This document shows, piece by piece, positions 36,051 through 46,952 of a DNA stretch of 64,000 nt. The stretch is from a virus: IMG/VR virus record IMGVR_UViG_3300023174_000053, positions 64,001-128,000 of that record, one strand, 5' to 3'. The notes beneath the pieces were generated by a model, which was not told the DNA's origin, searched no databases, and saw only the letters and a program-made list of their open reading frames with translations. The position numbers and the translations under genes were made by a program. The first letter of the stretch is position 1, and each line of letters begins with the position of its first letter.

Positions 36051-36074
36051 AAAAAAAGGGTCCTTTCGGACCCC
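36051..36074 (-). terminator. Intrinsic terminator after the major capsid gene
   Basis: GGGTCC-GAAA-GGACCC-TTTTTTT. Confidence 0.85.
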
Positions 36075-36094
36075 AAGAAAAATGTGAAAGAAAC

Positions 36095-37528
36095 TCACAT
36101 AAGGTTAGAAACCTGTACTCTTCTGTAGTAACGGTTTGAGTTGGTCGAAATTTGACCAAGACCTTGTGTTTTACCTTCTGCAAATGGGTTAGCAACAAGA
36201 CCATAACGGGTCTTAAAGCCAATTTTTGGTTGGAAGGTGTTCTCACCAACGGCACGAACCATTTGGAGAGGAACATAAGGACAATAGAAGAGACCTGCAT
36301 CATAAGGGGAAGAACCCTTATAACCGACAACATAGTACTGACCACCAGTTGCACCAGTTGCTGGGTTACCAGCACCACCCGAATATGGGTCGATATAAAC
36401 TTTATACTTACCGTTAAGAACACCAGCAAAAGTATTGCCAGTATCGTCTACGTTAAGGTTTGCATTGAGTGCAGGGGTGTAGTCAAGAAGACCAGCCATC
36501 GAAAGTGCAGAAGCAACATCCGAAGAACACATGATGATGTTGCCTTTTCCTCTACGAGTTCTTTGTGCGATTGCGTTAGCATCACGCTCGATTTGGAAGA
36601 TAAGACCTTTGAATTTCTCAACCGACCAACGACCGTTGGAATCAACGTCAAGGTCAAAAGTACCAGCAGTAGCAGTGTTGAACTGAGCACCAGCTTCAGC
36701 AGTCTTGTAGATGGTACGAATAACTTCACGGTTGATTTCAGCAAGAATCTCAGTTGAGAGAATGTTTGCCAATTCCGCTTCAGCATTCAGACCATGAATT
36801 GCCTTGAGGTCTTGTGCGAGCTCTAATGAATACTCAGCCTTGAGTGCTCTTGACTTTGCAGTAACGGTGACTTTCTCGATTGAGAATGCCATTTCGTTGA
36901 AACTTTCAGAACCTGATGCACCAAGTCTTTCTGCATCATAGGTAGCCATACCACCACCTACGTTGTAGGAAGTACCAGCAGTACCAACAGCATTCAGAAG
37001 ACCGGGGTTGCTACCAGTTTGTGAAGCAGTAGTACCGAAACCTACGTTTGCTTCAATAGTAGGATCAACAGCATACTGGGTTTGAGTTCCCTTTCTTCCA
37101 GAGAACTGAGTATCAACTTCATCGAAGAATGCTTCAGCACCTGATTGACTGGTATAACGTGAACGCATTGCGAAGATGAGTCCTGTGGGACCGTTCATTG
37201 GTTGAACACCTGCGAGGTCATATGCGACCAAGTTAGGCATTGAACGACGGATTAAGCTGATTAGAACAGGGTCGAAACCTGCAACTGGACCAGCTGCTGC
37301 GTTTCCACTAGCACCATATCCACCACCAAAACCAGCACTACTAGTAGTTGAACCACTATATGATGCTTCGCCAAGGAATTCTCTTTCCTCACGAAGGAAT
37401 TTCTCTTGATTCTCCAGGAGAACTGCGGTTACCATTCTACGATGTGAATCTTTGATTCCATCAAGTCCCTGATAGTCAAGGAGTGGTGCCCACTTCTCCT
37501 GCAGATGTTCTGCGTTGAACATTTGCAT
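36095..37528 (-). CDS. Major capsid protein (gp23)
   Basis: KWAPLL, LLENQE, GVQPM.GPTGLIFAMR, ELAQDLKAIHG, YCPYVPL. Confidence 0.99.
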   Translation of the reverse strand: MQMFNAEHLQEKWAPLLDYQGLDGIKDSHRRMVTAVLLENQEKFLREEREFLGEASYSGSTTSSAGFGGGYGASGNAAAGPVAGFDPVLISLIRRSMPNLVAYDLAGVQPMNGPTGLIFAMRSRYTSQSGAEAFFDEVDTQFSGRKGTQTQYAVDPTIEANVGFGTTASQTGSNPGLLNAVGTAGTSYNVGGGMATYDAERLGASGSESFNEMAFSIEKVTVTAKSRALKAEYSLELAQDLKAIHGLNAEAELANILSTEILAEINREVIRTIYKTAEAGAQFNTATAGTFDLDVDSNGRWSVEKFKGLIFQIERDANAIAQRTRRGKGNIIMCSSDVASALSMAGLLDYTPALNANLNVDDTGNTFAGVLNGKYKVYIDPYSGGAGNPATGATGGQYYVVGYKGSSPYDAGLFYCPYVPLQMVRAVGENTFQPKIGFKTRYGLVANPFAEGKTQGLGQISTNSNRYYRRVQVSNLM

Positions 37529-37577
37529 TTGTTTTACCTCTTTAAAAAATTTTAGTTTGATTGTTATAATTTAAAAA

Positions 37578-38798
37578 TCACTTTTTAGAAACTCTTTGGA
37601 GTGCATCGAGATAATATGACATCGAACCAGATACTGGTTGCGAATAATCAGTTTCTTCTGCAATGTAATCCGAGTTGTCTCTTTGAGTACCAGCGTTTCT
37701 GGGGAAATAAGATTCCCTTAATGTTACCAGTTTCTCACGATAGCTACCTTCACTATCAAACTCAACATTTTCTGCAAGAGAAGCGAGTTTATCCTTCTGA
37801 GAAAGTGCGAGACCCTCAGAAACTTCGGCAAAGATTACTTCAGTAACCGACTCTGCTAATCTTCTATTCAGAGCAACATTCCTATGAATCTGCTCATTGA
37901 GTTTGGACTCCATATCATCAAGTTTTTCTACCATACTCTCAAGTACATCATATCTATCTTCAGGGATTGTTACATAATGATCTTCAAAAAGACCCTTCAT
38001 TCCTTGAAGGAATGATTCAGTCATTTCAGTCTTAAGTCCTTGCTCTACTTCGAGAGCATTTTCTTGTAACCATTCTTCTGAAACATACTCAAGGTATGCA
38101 TCAAGACGGTCAGTTAATTCTTCTCTAATTACTTCTACTTCTTCGGCAAGCTTTTGCTCATATTGATAAGCAATTGCTTCTTCGATTTGTTCGGTTCTAG
38201 CATTCAAAGCAGCTTCGAAAACTGTTTTTGCTTTTACCTTGAAATCTTCGGAGAGTTCTTCACCAGAAAGAAGTGCATTTACGTCCTCTTCGATTTCTTC
38301 TTCGATTTGGGCAAATGCCTCTTTCATTGCTTTTTCTTTTTCGTCCTCTTCATCATCTTCTTCACTATCTTCATCTTCACCTTCTTCGTCATCCTCATCA
38401 TCTTCCTCATCTTTTTTGGAAGACTTTTTCTTTGCTTCGGAAACTACTTCATCTTCATCATACTCATCTTCGTCATCAATGAGTTCTTCTTCCTCATCTT
38501 CTTCGACTGATTCCTTAGCAAGGGACTTCATAGCATCTGCTGCTTTTGCGCCCTTATTTACAACATTCTTAACTTGCTTAAGAGTTGCGCCAGGAGTTGA
38601 AAGTTTTGCAGAATCATCATCTGGTTTGTAGTTTTCTGGAGTTGGTCCTCCAAGATCTTCCCAACTACCAGTTTGACCATCAGGAATGCCTGTGGTTAAC
38701 TTCTGCATTGGTTCTGCTGCTTTTGCTCCCGCATTCACAGCAGTTTTAGATTGTTTAGTGCCTGTTTCCATTTCTTGTAAGTTTTTGCCACGGGACAT
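37578..38798 (-). CDS. Prohead core scaffold protein (gp22)
   Basis: Acidic coiled coil, LSEDFK.KAKTVFEAA, YL.YV.EEW. Confidence 0.93.
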   Translation of the reverse strand: MSRGKNLQEMETGTKQSKTAVNAGAKAAEPMQKLTTGIPDGQTGSWEDLGGPTPENYKPDDDSAKLSTPGATLKQVKNVVNKGAKAADAMKSLAKESVEEDEEEELIDDEDEYDEDEVVSEAKKKSSKKDEEDDEDDEEGEDEDSEEDDEEDEKEKAMKEAFAQIEEEIEEDVNALLSGEELSEDFKVKAKTVFEAALNARTEQIEEAIAYQYEQKLAEEVEVIREELTDRLDAYLEYVSEEWLQENALEVEQGLKTEMTESFLQGMKGLFEDHYVTIPEDRYDVLESMVEKLDDMESKLNEQIHRNVALNRRLAESVTEVIFAEVSEGLALSQKDKLASLAENVEFDSEGSYREKLVTLRESYFPRNAGTQRDNSDYIAEETDYSQPVSGSMSYYLDALQRVSKK

Positions 38799-38847
38799 TT
38801 TAGATCTCTCCGATTAACCTATTGTTTAATCTGTATTTATTTATAAT

Positions 38848-39498
38848 TTAAAGATTTGATAAAAAGTTCTGGAACAGATCAACTTTCTGTTCTTCCAAAC
38901 GTTTTTGATCTACTAATGTGTTTATTTTTCTCTTTGCTGCTTTTGCGGCTCTTTCGCGGAGAATTCCACCTTCCCAACACCACTCCTTTCCTTCCATAAT
39001 TCCATTTACAAAAGCATCAGGAGCAGAAGGATCAGCAACAAGATCTGCTGCTGTTGCCAACATAAAATCTTCACCAACTACTGAATAACCTTCATTAGTT
39101 GGAATTAATGAACCAACACCACGAGAAGAAACTCCCAACATCACACCTTCACCGAGAAGAGATTCTGCAATTTTTCCCATAGGAGTGGAAAGAATTTTTG
39201 CTCTTCCTTTAAAATTATCTCCAACTCTCTCTAAACAAACAATTTTATGAGAAACTCTATCAAGGTTTAAAGAAGGACCATCAGGGTGACCTAGTTCTCC
39301 AAGAGCACGACCTTTTTGAATATAATTTTCATTATATCTTTTGACTTCTCTTTCGAGAGTTCTCATTTCATAGAGACGCTTGTTTCTGTTTGGTTTATTT
39401 GCTTGAAGAAAAATACCTTCAATAAAAAGAGACTTTTTACCGTTGGTTTCTTCGACAATAACCTTAACCTTTTCGATTTCTTCTGTGATGAGTTTCAT
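38848..39498 (-). CDS. Prohead protease (gp21)
   Basis: MKLITE, NRNKR.Y, ALGELGHP, VSH, GVSSRG.GS, D.VADPSAP. Confidence 0.96.
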   Translation of the reverse strand: MKLITEEIEKVKVIVEETNGKKSLFIEGIFLQANKPNRNKRLYEMRTLEREVKRYNENYIQKGRALGELGHPDGPSLNLDRVSHKIVCLERVGDNFKGRAKILSTPMGKIAESLLGEGVMLGVSSRGVGSLIPTNEGYSVVGEDFMLATAADLVADPSAPDAFVNGIMEGKEWCWEGGILRERAAKAAKRKINTLVDQKRLEEQKVDLFQNFLSNL

Positions 39499-39502
39499 TG
39501 GA

Positions 39503-40054
39503 TTAACCACCTGCGATTTGAATTTCTGTGATGTGGAGTTTTCCACTTGCTCCATAAGCAGCAACTTTTGTTGTTCTTCTCAAAACACCAGTAGGAGTAG
39601 TTACTGGACCTTGACTTGAAGTATTCCAAGTAAGAGTGATAACTCTATTAAATCCACCTGTTCCAGCACTGTTTGATGCATTTACTGAAGCAACAGTTGC
39701 TGCTGTTGTGTTGATGCCCGATGGAACAACACCAGTAAGTTCAACAATATCACCGGCAGAAAAATCAGAGAAAGTACCTTCTGGTAAAGTTACAATAGTA
39801 GTAGTACCAGTAGTAACACCAACAATAGTTTGAGTAGTTGGTGTATCTCTTAATATAAGTTCAGTTCCTGCTTTAACAAAAATGCTAGCATTTGTAGTAG
39901 TACTAATTGTTGGAGTTGGAGCAACCTCAACATAAGCATCTTGTTCTGGAACAATTCTCAAAAAACCAGACCTCAAAGCAATTGGATTGCTGGTTACTGC
40001 TGCACCAGTCATCGTCAATGGCGTAATCTTTTGTACAATCTTATATACGGACAT
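39503..40054 (-). CDS. Hypothetical virion protein
   Basis: Thr-rich beta protein just upstream of gp21; late promoter-like CTAAATA. Confidence 0.6.
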   Translation of the reverse strand: MSVYKIVQKITPLTMTGAAVTSNPIALRSGFLRIVPEQDAYVEVAPTPTISTTTNASIFVKAGTELILRDTPTTQTIVGVTTGTTTIVTLPEGTFSDFSAGDIVELTGVVPSGINTTAATVASVNASNSAGTGGFNRVITLTWNTSSQGPVTTPTGVLRRTTKVAAYGASGKLHITEIQIAGG

Positions 40055-40132
40055 TGTAATAATTAGACTATATTAGTTATTTAGTATTTCTTACAAGTTC
40101 TCAATAACATTCATAGAAGTAATTATTACTAT

Positions 40133-40909
40133 TTACGATAATTCCTTACAAGTAAAAGCAAACCAAACATCTAATTTTGTTGAATTATCAACTCTTTTCA
40201 TACAAAGTGTAAGCATATTTGGAGATGCTCCACCATGCATAGTTGATGGTCCTTCATCACCTGAAGTATTTTTTCCAATAATAACTCCACTATGTCTCAT
40301 AACAGAACTATTTTGTGTGAAGGTATTTCCCGTATTAGTACTATACTTATCTTGATATACTCTATATTGTAATTTTGTTCCTAATGAATTCCAAGCAGGA
40401 ATTGCTGCTCCAGCAATATTAATATCACCCTCATACCATTCATAAATGATAGTGCTTTGATTGGCGTTATTATTTCCAATTTCATATTCTGTAATTTCTG
40501 CCAAATCTGATATAGTAGTTCCAGAACTATTTACTCTAATACTCATTACGGGTCTCATTGTATCATCCATAGTCCAACCACGATTTGTATTTGTTGCGTG
40601 ATTGTTAAATGAATATAAACTGCCTTCAGGTTGTTTGACAACTATAATATTATTAAAAGTTGATATACCTACTGGAAGGTATGGTGTTGTTAGAATTCCT
40701 GATGTTCCAACTTCTGTAAGATGTACATGATTTGGATTTTGTGGAGAACTTGTGACTGATACTGTGGTTCCAACATTTACATTACCAGTAATCGTAATAT
40801 TGGAAGAACCCAACGATACTGGAAATGGATTGGAAAAACTTACTACTGTATTTCCTGCCCCAGTAAAAACTACGGATTGTGCTGGTTGGGGAAGTGGATT
40901 ATAAGACAT
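40133..40909 (-). CDS. Hypothetical virion/structural protein
   Basis: ORF track; NPFPVS motif; head-gene cluster. Confidence 0.55.
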   Translation of the reverse strand: MSYNPLPQPAQSVVFTGAGNTVVSFSNPFPVSLGSSNITITGNVNVGTTVSVTSSPQNPNHVHLTEVGTSGILTTPYLPVGISTFNNIIVVKQPEGSLYSFNNHATNTNRGWTMDDTMRPVMSIRVNSSGTTISDLAEITEYEIGNNNANQSTIIYEWYEGDINIAGAAIPAWNSLGTKLQYRVYQDKYSTNTGNTFTQNSSVMRHSGVIIGKNTSGDEGPSTMHGGASPNMLTLCMKRVDNSTKLDVWFAFTCKELS

Positions 40910-40910
40910 A

Positions 40911-41909
40911 TTAGATTAAGAACCAATTTGAACCGTTATAAAAATATGTTAGTGATTGATGATTGATAGACATAATCACAGAAGTATCGTTTTCTACACT
41001 TTTACCAATACCTGATTGAACTGTAATACTATATGTAGATATATTATTTCCCTCATCTTTGACGATGATTTTTTTTCCAGTATTTGGAGATGTTGGAAGA
41101 ACTATTGTTACAGGAACACTAGCATTGACACCAATATAATCATCATTATCGGTTGCCTGATAATAAGTTGTGACTCCACTAATAGAAACAATACTTGTAA
41201 TACCAACAGCGTTTGGATTTACAAACTCCGCTTTATTGGTGGTTGAGTTCCATTGTAGAAACTTACCATCATACGCACTTGGATTTGTCTTAATTCCTAC
41301 AAGTCCATCAAGATATCTAAAACGATATTCTCCCCCACCACCAACTGTTGATAGTTGTTGTTGAATACGAGAAAGGAAAAGTTTATAATGTTTCTTTAAA
41401 TCGTCAAGTGTTGCGAACTTTTGGTCTAATGGAGTTAATGGGTCATTTTGTTGCTTAACATCACTTGGTTCGGCAAGAAGACCTAATGATTTTTCAATCA
41501 GGTCTTCTTTGGGTTCTTCTAATTCTTCTTTATATTCGTCCAAAACCTCAAGAACTTCATCCAAAGAATTTTCAATTACTTCTTCAATTACTTGTTCTTG
41601 TTTTTTTGGTGTCTCTGAATATAACCAATCCTCAAATGCCTTGACTGTTTTTTGTTCTTGTACCTTTTTCTTTTTCTTTGGAGTAATCTCTTCTGTTAAA
41701 GCAGACAAAAAAAGTTCATCAAAAGAATTCCCAACAAGAGTTTCTTTTTTTTCTTTAATAACTTTTTTTCCAGTACTTATCGTTGAAAAAAAGTCATCAA
41801 CAGCATCTCCTACTGTCTCATCAAGTTCTTTTTTTCTTTTTTGTTTTCCCGCACTTATTGCGGTAAAAAAATCAGATAATTCCTTGGAACCTACTCCAAA
41901 GTCATTCAC
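40911..41909 (-). CDS. Hypothetical protein: acidic N-terminal region plus C-terminal fibre/baseplate-like beta domain
   Basis: DPLTPLDQKF...RIQQQLST.GGGGE; TIVLP..P..G....VKDE. Confidence 0.6.
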   Translation of the reverse strand: MNDFGVGSKELSDFFTAISAGKQKRKKELDETVGDAVDDFFSTISTGKKVIKEKKETLVGNSFDELFLSALTEEITPKKKKKVQEQKTVKAFEDWLYSETPKKQEQVIEEVIENSLDEVLEVLDEYKEELEEPKEDLIEKSLGLLAEPSDVKQQNDPLTPLDQKFATLDDLKKHYKLFLSRIQQQLSTVGGGGEYRFRYLDGLVGIKTNPSAYDGKFLQWNSTTNKAEFVNPNAVGITSIVSISGVTTYYQATDNDDYIGVNASVPVTIVLPTSPNTGKKIIVKDEGNNISTYSITVQSGIGKSVENDTSVIMSINHQSLTYFYNGSNWFLI

Positions 41910-41912
41910 TTA

Positions 41913-42065
41913 TCAATCCTCAACATCACCAAAGAGACTTGCGGCAACTTCTGGTCTTACGGCATTAACATTTTCTGCTGATTTAGCAAAAAGAATTTCT
42001 TTAATCTTATCGCTGATATCCGTAGGGGACTCATCAGCTAAAATCATATCCATTAAATCATCCAT
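41913..42065 (-). CDS. Small acidic protein downstream of portal (prohead core gp67-position)
   Basis: Manual translation MDDLMDMILADESPTDISDKIKEILFAKSAE...; late promoter upstream. Confidence 0.6.
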   Translation of the reverse strand: MDDLMDMILADESPTDISDKIKEILFAKSAENVNAVRPEVAASLFGDVED

Positions 42066-42092
42066 AGTTATAATAAGTTTAACTGAAAATAT

Positions 42093-43775
42093 TTATAATT
42101 CCCCAGCAGACCCTAATTCAACACCTGCTTGTTTATCAGTTAATCCTGGTTCTTGGGGCATTGCTCCAAGTTGGTTTTGACTTGGGTCTTGTGGAGCACC
42201 AACAGCACCTGGAGCACCCATTGGGTTCATCATTGCTGCTGGGTCTGGAATAGTTCCATCTTTAATTTCTTTTTTCATTTGTGCGTTAATTTCTTTGATT
42301 TCACTATCAGTTTGACCAAGAATTGTTCTTCTTACATAATCTGCGGAGAAATAACGACCAAGATATGGATCCATCGCAGCAACAACACCTAATTTATCAT
42401 TCATCAATTCATTTTTCTTTAAATCAGAAAAATGATTATCATAAACATAATCAAACTGAATGTGGTCTGATAATGATTCCCAATCTTCTAATGATACAAT
42501 ATTTTTGAGAATTAATTGAGTTTTAAGTAAATCAATAAAAATCTGAGAAAATCTCTTTCTCAATCTTCCAACAAAACGAGTGAATTTAAGTTCATCTCTT
42601 AGAATTTCTGACGAACGACCAAGATTAAATCCACCTTCTGCGGCAAGTCTTGTTGGTGGAACACCTAAAGAATCATAAAGTTTCTTTTGGAAATACTCAA
42701 TATCAGCAAGTTCTCCAAGATTTTGTCCACCAGGAAGTGTAGTGATTTCAGTTCCTCTACCACCTTCTCTTCTTGGTAGCCAGAAGTCCTCAAGCATCGC
42801 CATATGCTTTCTATCATCTTTAATCTCACCAGTGCTTGCATCATATACAAGTTTGTTTCTATAACGGTTCATAACATCACGCAGGTACTGCTCTGCTTTA
42901 ATCTTGGGAAGATTACCAACGTCAATATAGAAAATTCTTCTTTCTGGTGCTCTGGATAGTCTATAAATCACAAGACTATCCTCAATCATTCTTAATTGAT
43001 TGAGTGCCTTGATTGCCTTGTGAAGGAATGAAAGAACTGTTTGCTTGTTTCTATCTACAAGACCAGATGTAACATATACAATCGCATCCTTTGCGATTTT
43101 TACATTATTTACATCTGATACTCTATACGTAGCATTTTGTGATGACCCAACATTTGGATCATACATATAATATTCTTCTACTTCTTGGTTGCTAAAATCA
43201 ACTTGATTTTTTCCATTTACAATATTTCTATATTGAGAACCAAAAGCATCTTTATTGTCTTTTTTGAGTTTTCTTATATACTTAATTTTTAAAGCATCAA
43301 TATATCTTACTTCCTTGATTCCATCTGATGGTTTGCTGAAATCAATTACTTTATGGTAATAAATTCTTCCATCAACATACCAATTCCTAAAAATCTCGTG
43401 GCACTTCTTATCGAAGTCCATAACTTCTTTCAGATACTTAAACTCTTCTCTGATAATCTCTTTTAGTTTATCAGAAGCAGGAAGATTTGAAAGGTCTATC
43501 TCTACTGGAGAATCATTTAAGTCTGATACAATTGCTTCATTTATAACATCCTCAATCGCACTATCGCATTCTGGGTGTAAAGACATCTCACGATATCTTC
43601 TGATTAAATCTGCTTCACTCTTATAAACACCCTCAATGTCTACATATTGGCCATAAAAACCACTTGAAATATAAAAATCTGATTTGTCTTCATCATTTTT
43701 TGGAATGGGGGAAACAATCTTTTTGGACTGCTTCTCCCTATTATCTTCAAATTTAAAACCAAACAGTTTTGCCAT
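42093..43775 (-). CDS. Portal vertex protein (gp20)
   Basis: FRNWYVDGR, RAPERRIFYIDVGNLP, EDFWLPRREGGRGTEI. Confidence 0.98.
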   Translation of the reverse strand: MAKLFGFKFEDNREKQSKKIVSPIPKNDEDKSDFYISSGFYGQYVDIEGVYKSEADLIRRYREMSLHPECDSAIEDVINEAIVSDLNDSPVEIDLSNLPASDKLKEIIREEFKYLKEVMDFDKKCHEIFRNWYVDGRIYYHKVIDFSKPSDGIKEVRYIDALKIKYIRKLKKDNKDAFGSQYRNIVNGKNQVDFSNQEVEEYYMYDPNVGSSQNATYRVSDVNNVKIAKDAIVYVTSGLVDRNKQTVLSFLHKAIKALNQLRMIEDSLVIYRLSRAPERRIFYIDVGNLPKIKAEQYLRDVMNRYRNKLVYDASTGEIKDDRKHMAMLEDFWLPRREGGRGTEITTLPGGQNLGELADIEYFQKKLYDSLGVPPTRLAAEGGFNLGRSSEILRDELKFTRFVGRLRKRFSQIFIDLLKTQLILKNIVSLEDWESLSDHIQFDYVYDNHFSDLKKNELMNDKLGVVAAMDPYLGRYFSADYVRRTILGQTDSEIKEINAQMKKEIKDGTIPDPAAMMNPMGAPGAVGAPQDPSQNQLGAMPQEPGLTDKQAGVELGSAGEL

Positions 43776-43822
43776 AGTAACGTTATTGTCCTTATTCTAC
43801 TATTTAGTTCCCCAACAAAACA

Positions 43823-44473
43823 TTAAAATTCTTCTTGATCACCTGAACCAAGAATAGTTTTATTATTTCCATCAAGAGCATCCCACCATTGAACTTGAAG
43901 GTCTACTGTAAATTCTTCAATAGTATCTGCTTGATCATAAGAAAGATCAATCGCACTAATGGAAGTTGGGAATGTTCCATAAAATTCATAAGCTTTGAGG
44001 ACTTTTATATCCTTTCCTGATGTAAGATCACCACTAATTTCTGCTTTACCAAGTTGATAAACTTTCATATTTCTTTGGTAATTAACAGGATTCAACTCTC
44101 CCGAATTGTCTTCGTGCTTATTCATATAATTCATCCACTTTTCAAAAGCATTTCTAATTTTGAAGTCAGTATCATTAATTACTGTAATTGTCCAAGGATC
44201 AAATGTTCTATCACCAGCAATCTTGAGATTTCTTCCTCTAAAAGGAATATCAATTACGTTAATTGTTGAAGCAGGTAATTGTGCTGATTTAATTAAAAAT
44301 CTAGTTACATCCTCAAGAACATTTCCACCAAATCCCAAATTAAGATTGGTGGGAAAGGTAATTTCACATTCAAAGAGGTTAGGTCTTGCTCCACCTCCAG
44401 AAATTCTATTCTTGAAGTCGTTTAGAGTTCTAGATCCAGGTGATACTGGACCACCAGTAAATTGATTAGCCAT
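43823..44473 (-). CDS. Tail tube protein (gp19)
   Basis: GARPNLF, FRGR..KIAGDRTF..W, IEEF.V. Confidence 0.95.
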   Translation of the reverse strand: MANQFTGGPVSPGSRTLNDFKNRISGGGARPNLFECEITFPTNLNLGFGGNVLEDVTRFLIKSAQLPASTINVIDIPFRGRNLKIAGDRTFDPWTITVINDTDFKIRNAFEKWMNYMNKHEDNSGELNPVNYQRNMKVYQLGKAEISGDLTSGKDIKVLKAYEFYGTFPTSISAIDLSYDQADTIEEFTVDLQVQWWDALDGNNKTILGSGDQEEF

Positions 44474-44491
44474 TGTTTTTTACCTCGTTAA

Positions 44492-46867
44492 TTAAACAGT
44501 ACCGATAATTTCTTCAAAACTAACTCCTGTGCGAGTAGCAACAAAAGTCAATCCGATAAAGTTGATTGTTCTTGCGGGTTTGATGTAGATATCAGCTTTG
44601 AACTGATTTCCATCAATAACATCAGGTGTGTTGTTTGACTCATCGCAGACAACAACGAAATCAGTAATACCTCGTTTTGACTTCACATCACGGAGATAAG
44701 GTTCAACGATATTGATAAAGTTTGCTCTGGTGATTGTATCATTAAACTCAAAGAGTTGTGCTCTTGCTGCACTTTCAATTGATGATTCAAGTGTGAGGAA
44801 TAAACGACGAACGTTAATTCTATCAAAAGCTGAGACATATGAAAGAGCAGTCCTATCACCAAATAGAATAATACCAGCACCAGGAGAGAAGATGATTGGA
44901 TTAATTCTATTAGGATAAAGAATATCTCTTTGTGCTTGTGAAGGATTGTAAGCAAGTTTAACTGCGTTATTGAGTGCTCCTCTGCTCGCACCAGCAGGTG
45001 AGAACCAAGGATACTGATTGATTGATGTTCTAGCCATCAATCCAGCAACGTCAGCATTACAAGCAACATATCTGAACTGATTGTTAAATCTATCATAAAT
45101 GTACTTATAACCAGTATCAAATACTGCATAAGATGATGAATTTAATGGGCCAAAGAAATTAAAAATATTATTAGTTTGAGTATCAGAGTTTGCTATATTA
45201 ACAACACCGTCTTTATGTGGTGAAATGGTAGCAACACAGTCCTTACGAACATCTGCGATTGCGATTAATTCATTTGCCTTTGCTTGTGATTCTTGAATTG
45301 TAGTACCACCAGAAGGACCACCAATCAAAAAGTCAATTTTGTATTCTGCTGGATTTGTGAAGTTTCTGTAAGCACTAATTACATCTGATAAACCAACTGA
45401 ATAACCACCAACACTACTAACTCCAGAATAATCTTTACCACCAGTTAAATTGTAGATAGATGCTCCAATACAATTGAATGTATTGCTTTGTGCTGCTAGA
45501 CCCCACGTAGTATTAGATGCTGATGCGACACCCGATACTGTTGAGAACTTTGTTTTATTTCCAGTTGGAGCAAGTCCAGGGAAAATATATTGTGAATTAT
45601 TAGCAATAATATCTTTATAGTAATTTGCTTCTGCTGGAGAAATCTTCGCATCAAATGCTTTGGATAGATTTGTATATTTTTCTAAAATATTTCCAGCAGT
45701 ACCAGTTACTGCTCCAGTATCATCAACAACAACGACGTGAAGTTCATCATTTCTTCCACTTCTTTCGGAAGCATATTGAGATGTTCTTGGTCTTGGTGCG
45801 ATATTTTTCCAATAAACAGTAGCATTCGTTAATCCTAATGTTTGTTCATTATACCAATCAGATGCTGTTGCCGTGCGACCACTAGATGCAATACCAAGAA
45901 CCGCAAGTTCTACTGTTCCTGATGCTGCTGCTGCTGTACTTATACCAATTGAATTTGCAGTAGATCCAAGTCCAACATAAGTTGTATCTACTGGAATAAA
46001 AGAGTTACCTCCAGATACTTCAACAATAAACTGACCCGTAGCAATACCAGTGGGAACAGTACTGACATTTATTGATGTCGAACCACTAGAAATTGTACCT
46101 GTAAATCTTGCAGTTGAGGTTTCTATTTTAACAAAAGCACCACTATTGTCTATAATTCTAATAGTTTGATCGTTAGTAAAAGCACTTACACTTCCTTCCG
46201 AATAAGAAGTTTCAGTAAATATACTTGAACCAGAACCAGTTTTTGCAGTAATTTTTACATCAATTGAACCAGCATTAACTTTGGTAATAATACCTTTAAG
46301 AGTTCCTGATTCTGTTGTTGTTGTTCCAATACCAGCAACTGATTGAGAGAAAGCAGCAGTAACAGCATATCCAACTGCATTAGTCAATCCAGCAGTTCCA
46401 ATTGCAATTCTTTGGTCTGCTGCGGCATCAATAACACAAACCTTCAAGTTATTTGCCCAAGAACCTGGGTTTCTAGCAGCCCAAGCCCAATCAGTAGCAG
46501 TGGTATAACTATTATTATAATTTTCAGTTGATTTAATTTTAACTGTAGTTCCTGCGGTAGAACCAATCCCAGTAGAATTTGCGTTGTTTAATGCTGTTCC
46601 ATCACATCTTACAACTCTCAAAATACCACCGTAAGAAAGATATGAAGAAGCACCTAACCAATATTCATATTGTGCGTCTGAAGAAATTGGTTTTCCAAAT
46701 GTATTGAGTAAATCATTCTCTGTTTCAATTAAAATAGGAACATTGACTGGACCCTTTTGGAAAGGACCAGCAATAGCTCCAACTTGATTGTTTGCTGCGG
46801 TAATTCCACCAACAGTCAAATCAACTTCTCTTATTCTGACTCCTGGTGATACTAAATTTAACGCCAT
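44492..46867 (-). CDS. Tail sheath protein (gp18)
   Basis: SPGV...EVDLT, PWFSPAG..RG, RINVRRLF, IKP.R.INFI. Confidence 0.97.
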   Translation of the reverse strand: MALNLVSPGVRIREVDLTVGGITAANNQVGAIAGPFQKGPVNVPILIETENDLLNTFGKPISSDAQYEYWLGASSYLSYGGILRVVRCDGTALNNANSTGIGSTAGTTVKIKSTENYNNSYTTATDWAWAARNPGSWANNLKVCVIDAAADQRIAIGTAGLTNAVGYAVTAAFSQSVAGIGTTTTESGTLKGIITKVNAGSIDVKITAKTGSGSSIFTETSYSEGSVSAFTNDQTIRIIDNSGAFVKIETSTARFTGTISSGSTSINVSTVPTGIATGQFIVEVSGGNSFIPVDTTYVGLGSTANSIGISTAAAASGTVELAVLGIASSGRTATASDWYNEQTLGLTNATVYWKNIAPRPRTSQYASERSGRNDELHVVVVDDTGAVTGTAGNILEKYTNLSKAFDAKISPAEANYYKDIIANNSQYIFPGLAPTGNKTKFSTVSGVASASNTTWGLAAQSNTFNCIGASIYNLTGGKDYSGVSSVGGYSVGLSDVISAYRNFTNPAEYKIDFLIGGPSGGTTIQESQAKANELIAIADVRKDCVATISPHKDGVVNIANSDTQTNNIFNFFGPLNSSSYAVFDTGYKYIYDRFNNQFRYVACNADVAGLMARTSINQYPWFSPAGASRGALNNAVKLAYNPSQAQRDILYPNRINPIIFSPGAGIILFGDRTALSYVSAFDRINVRRLFLTLESSIESAARAQLFEFNDTITRANFINIVEPYLRDVKSKRGITDFVVVCDESNNTPDVIDGNQFKADIYIKPARTINFIGLTFVATRTGVSFEEIIGTV

Positions 46868-46952
46868 CTGTTTCCCCTCGTGAAGAAGTTCATTTTGCCT
46901 AAAAGTATTTATAAATTGTTATTCTTCAAATGGGGAAACAATACGTGAACAA

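Noticed and set aside
38330-38510. TCATCTTC-rich repeats
   Set aside because: Asp/Glu-rich coding tract of the gp22 scaffold
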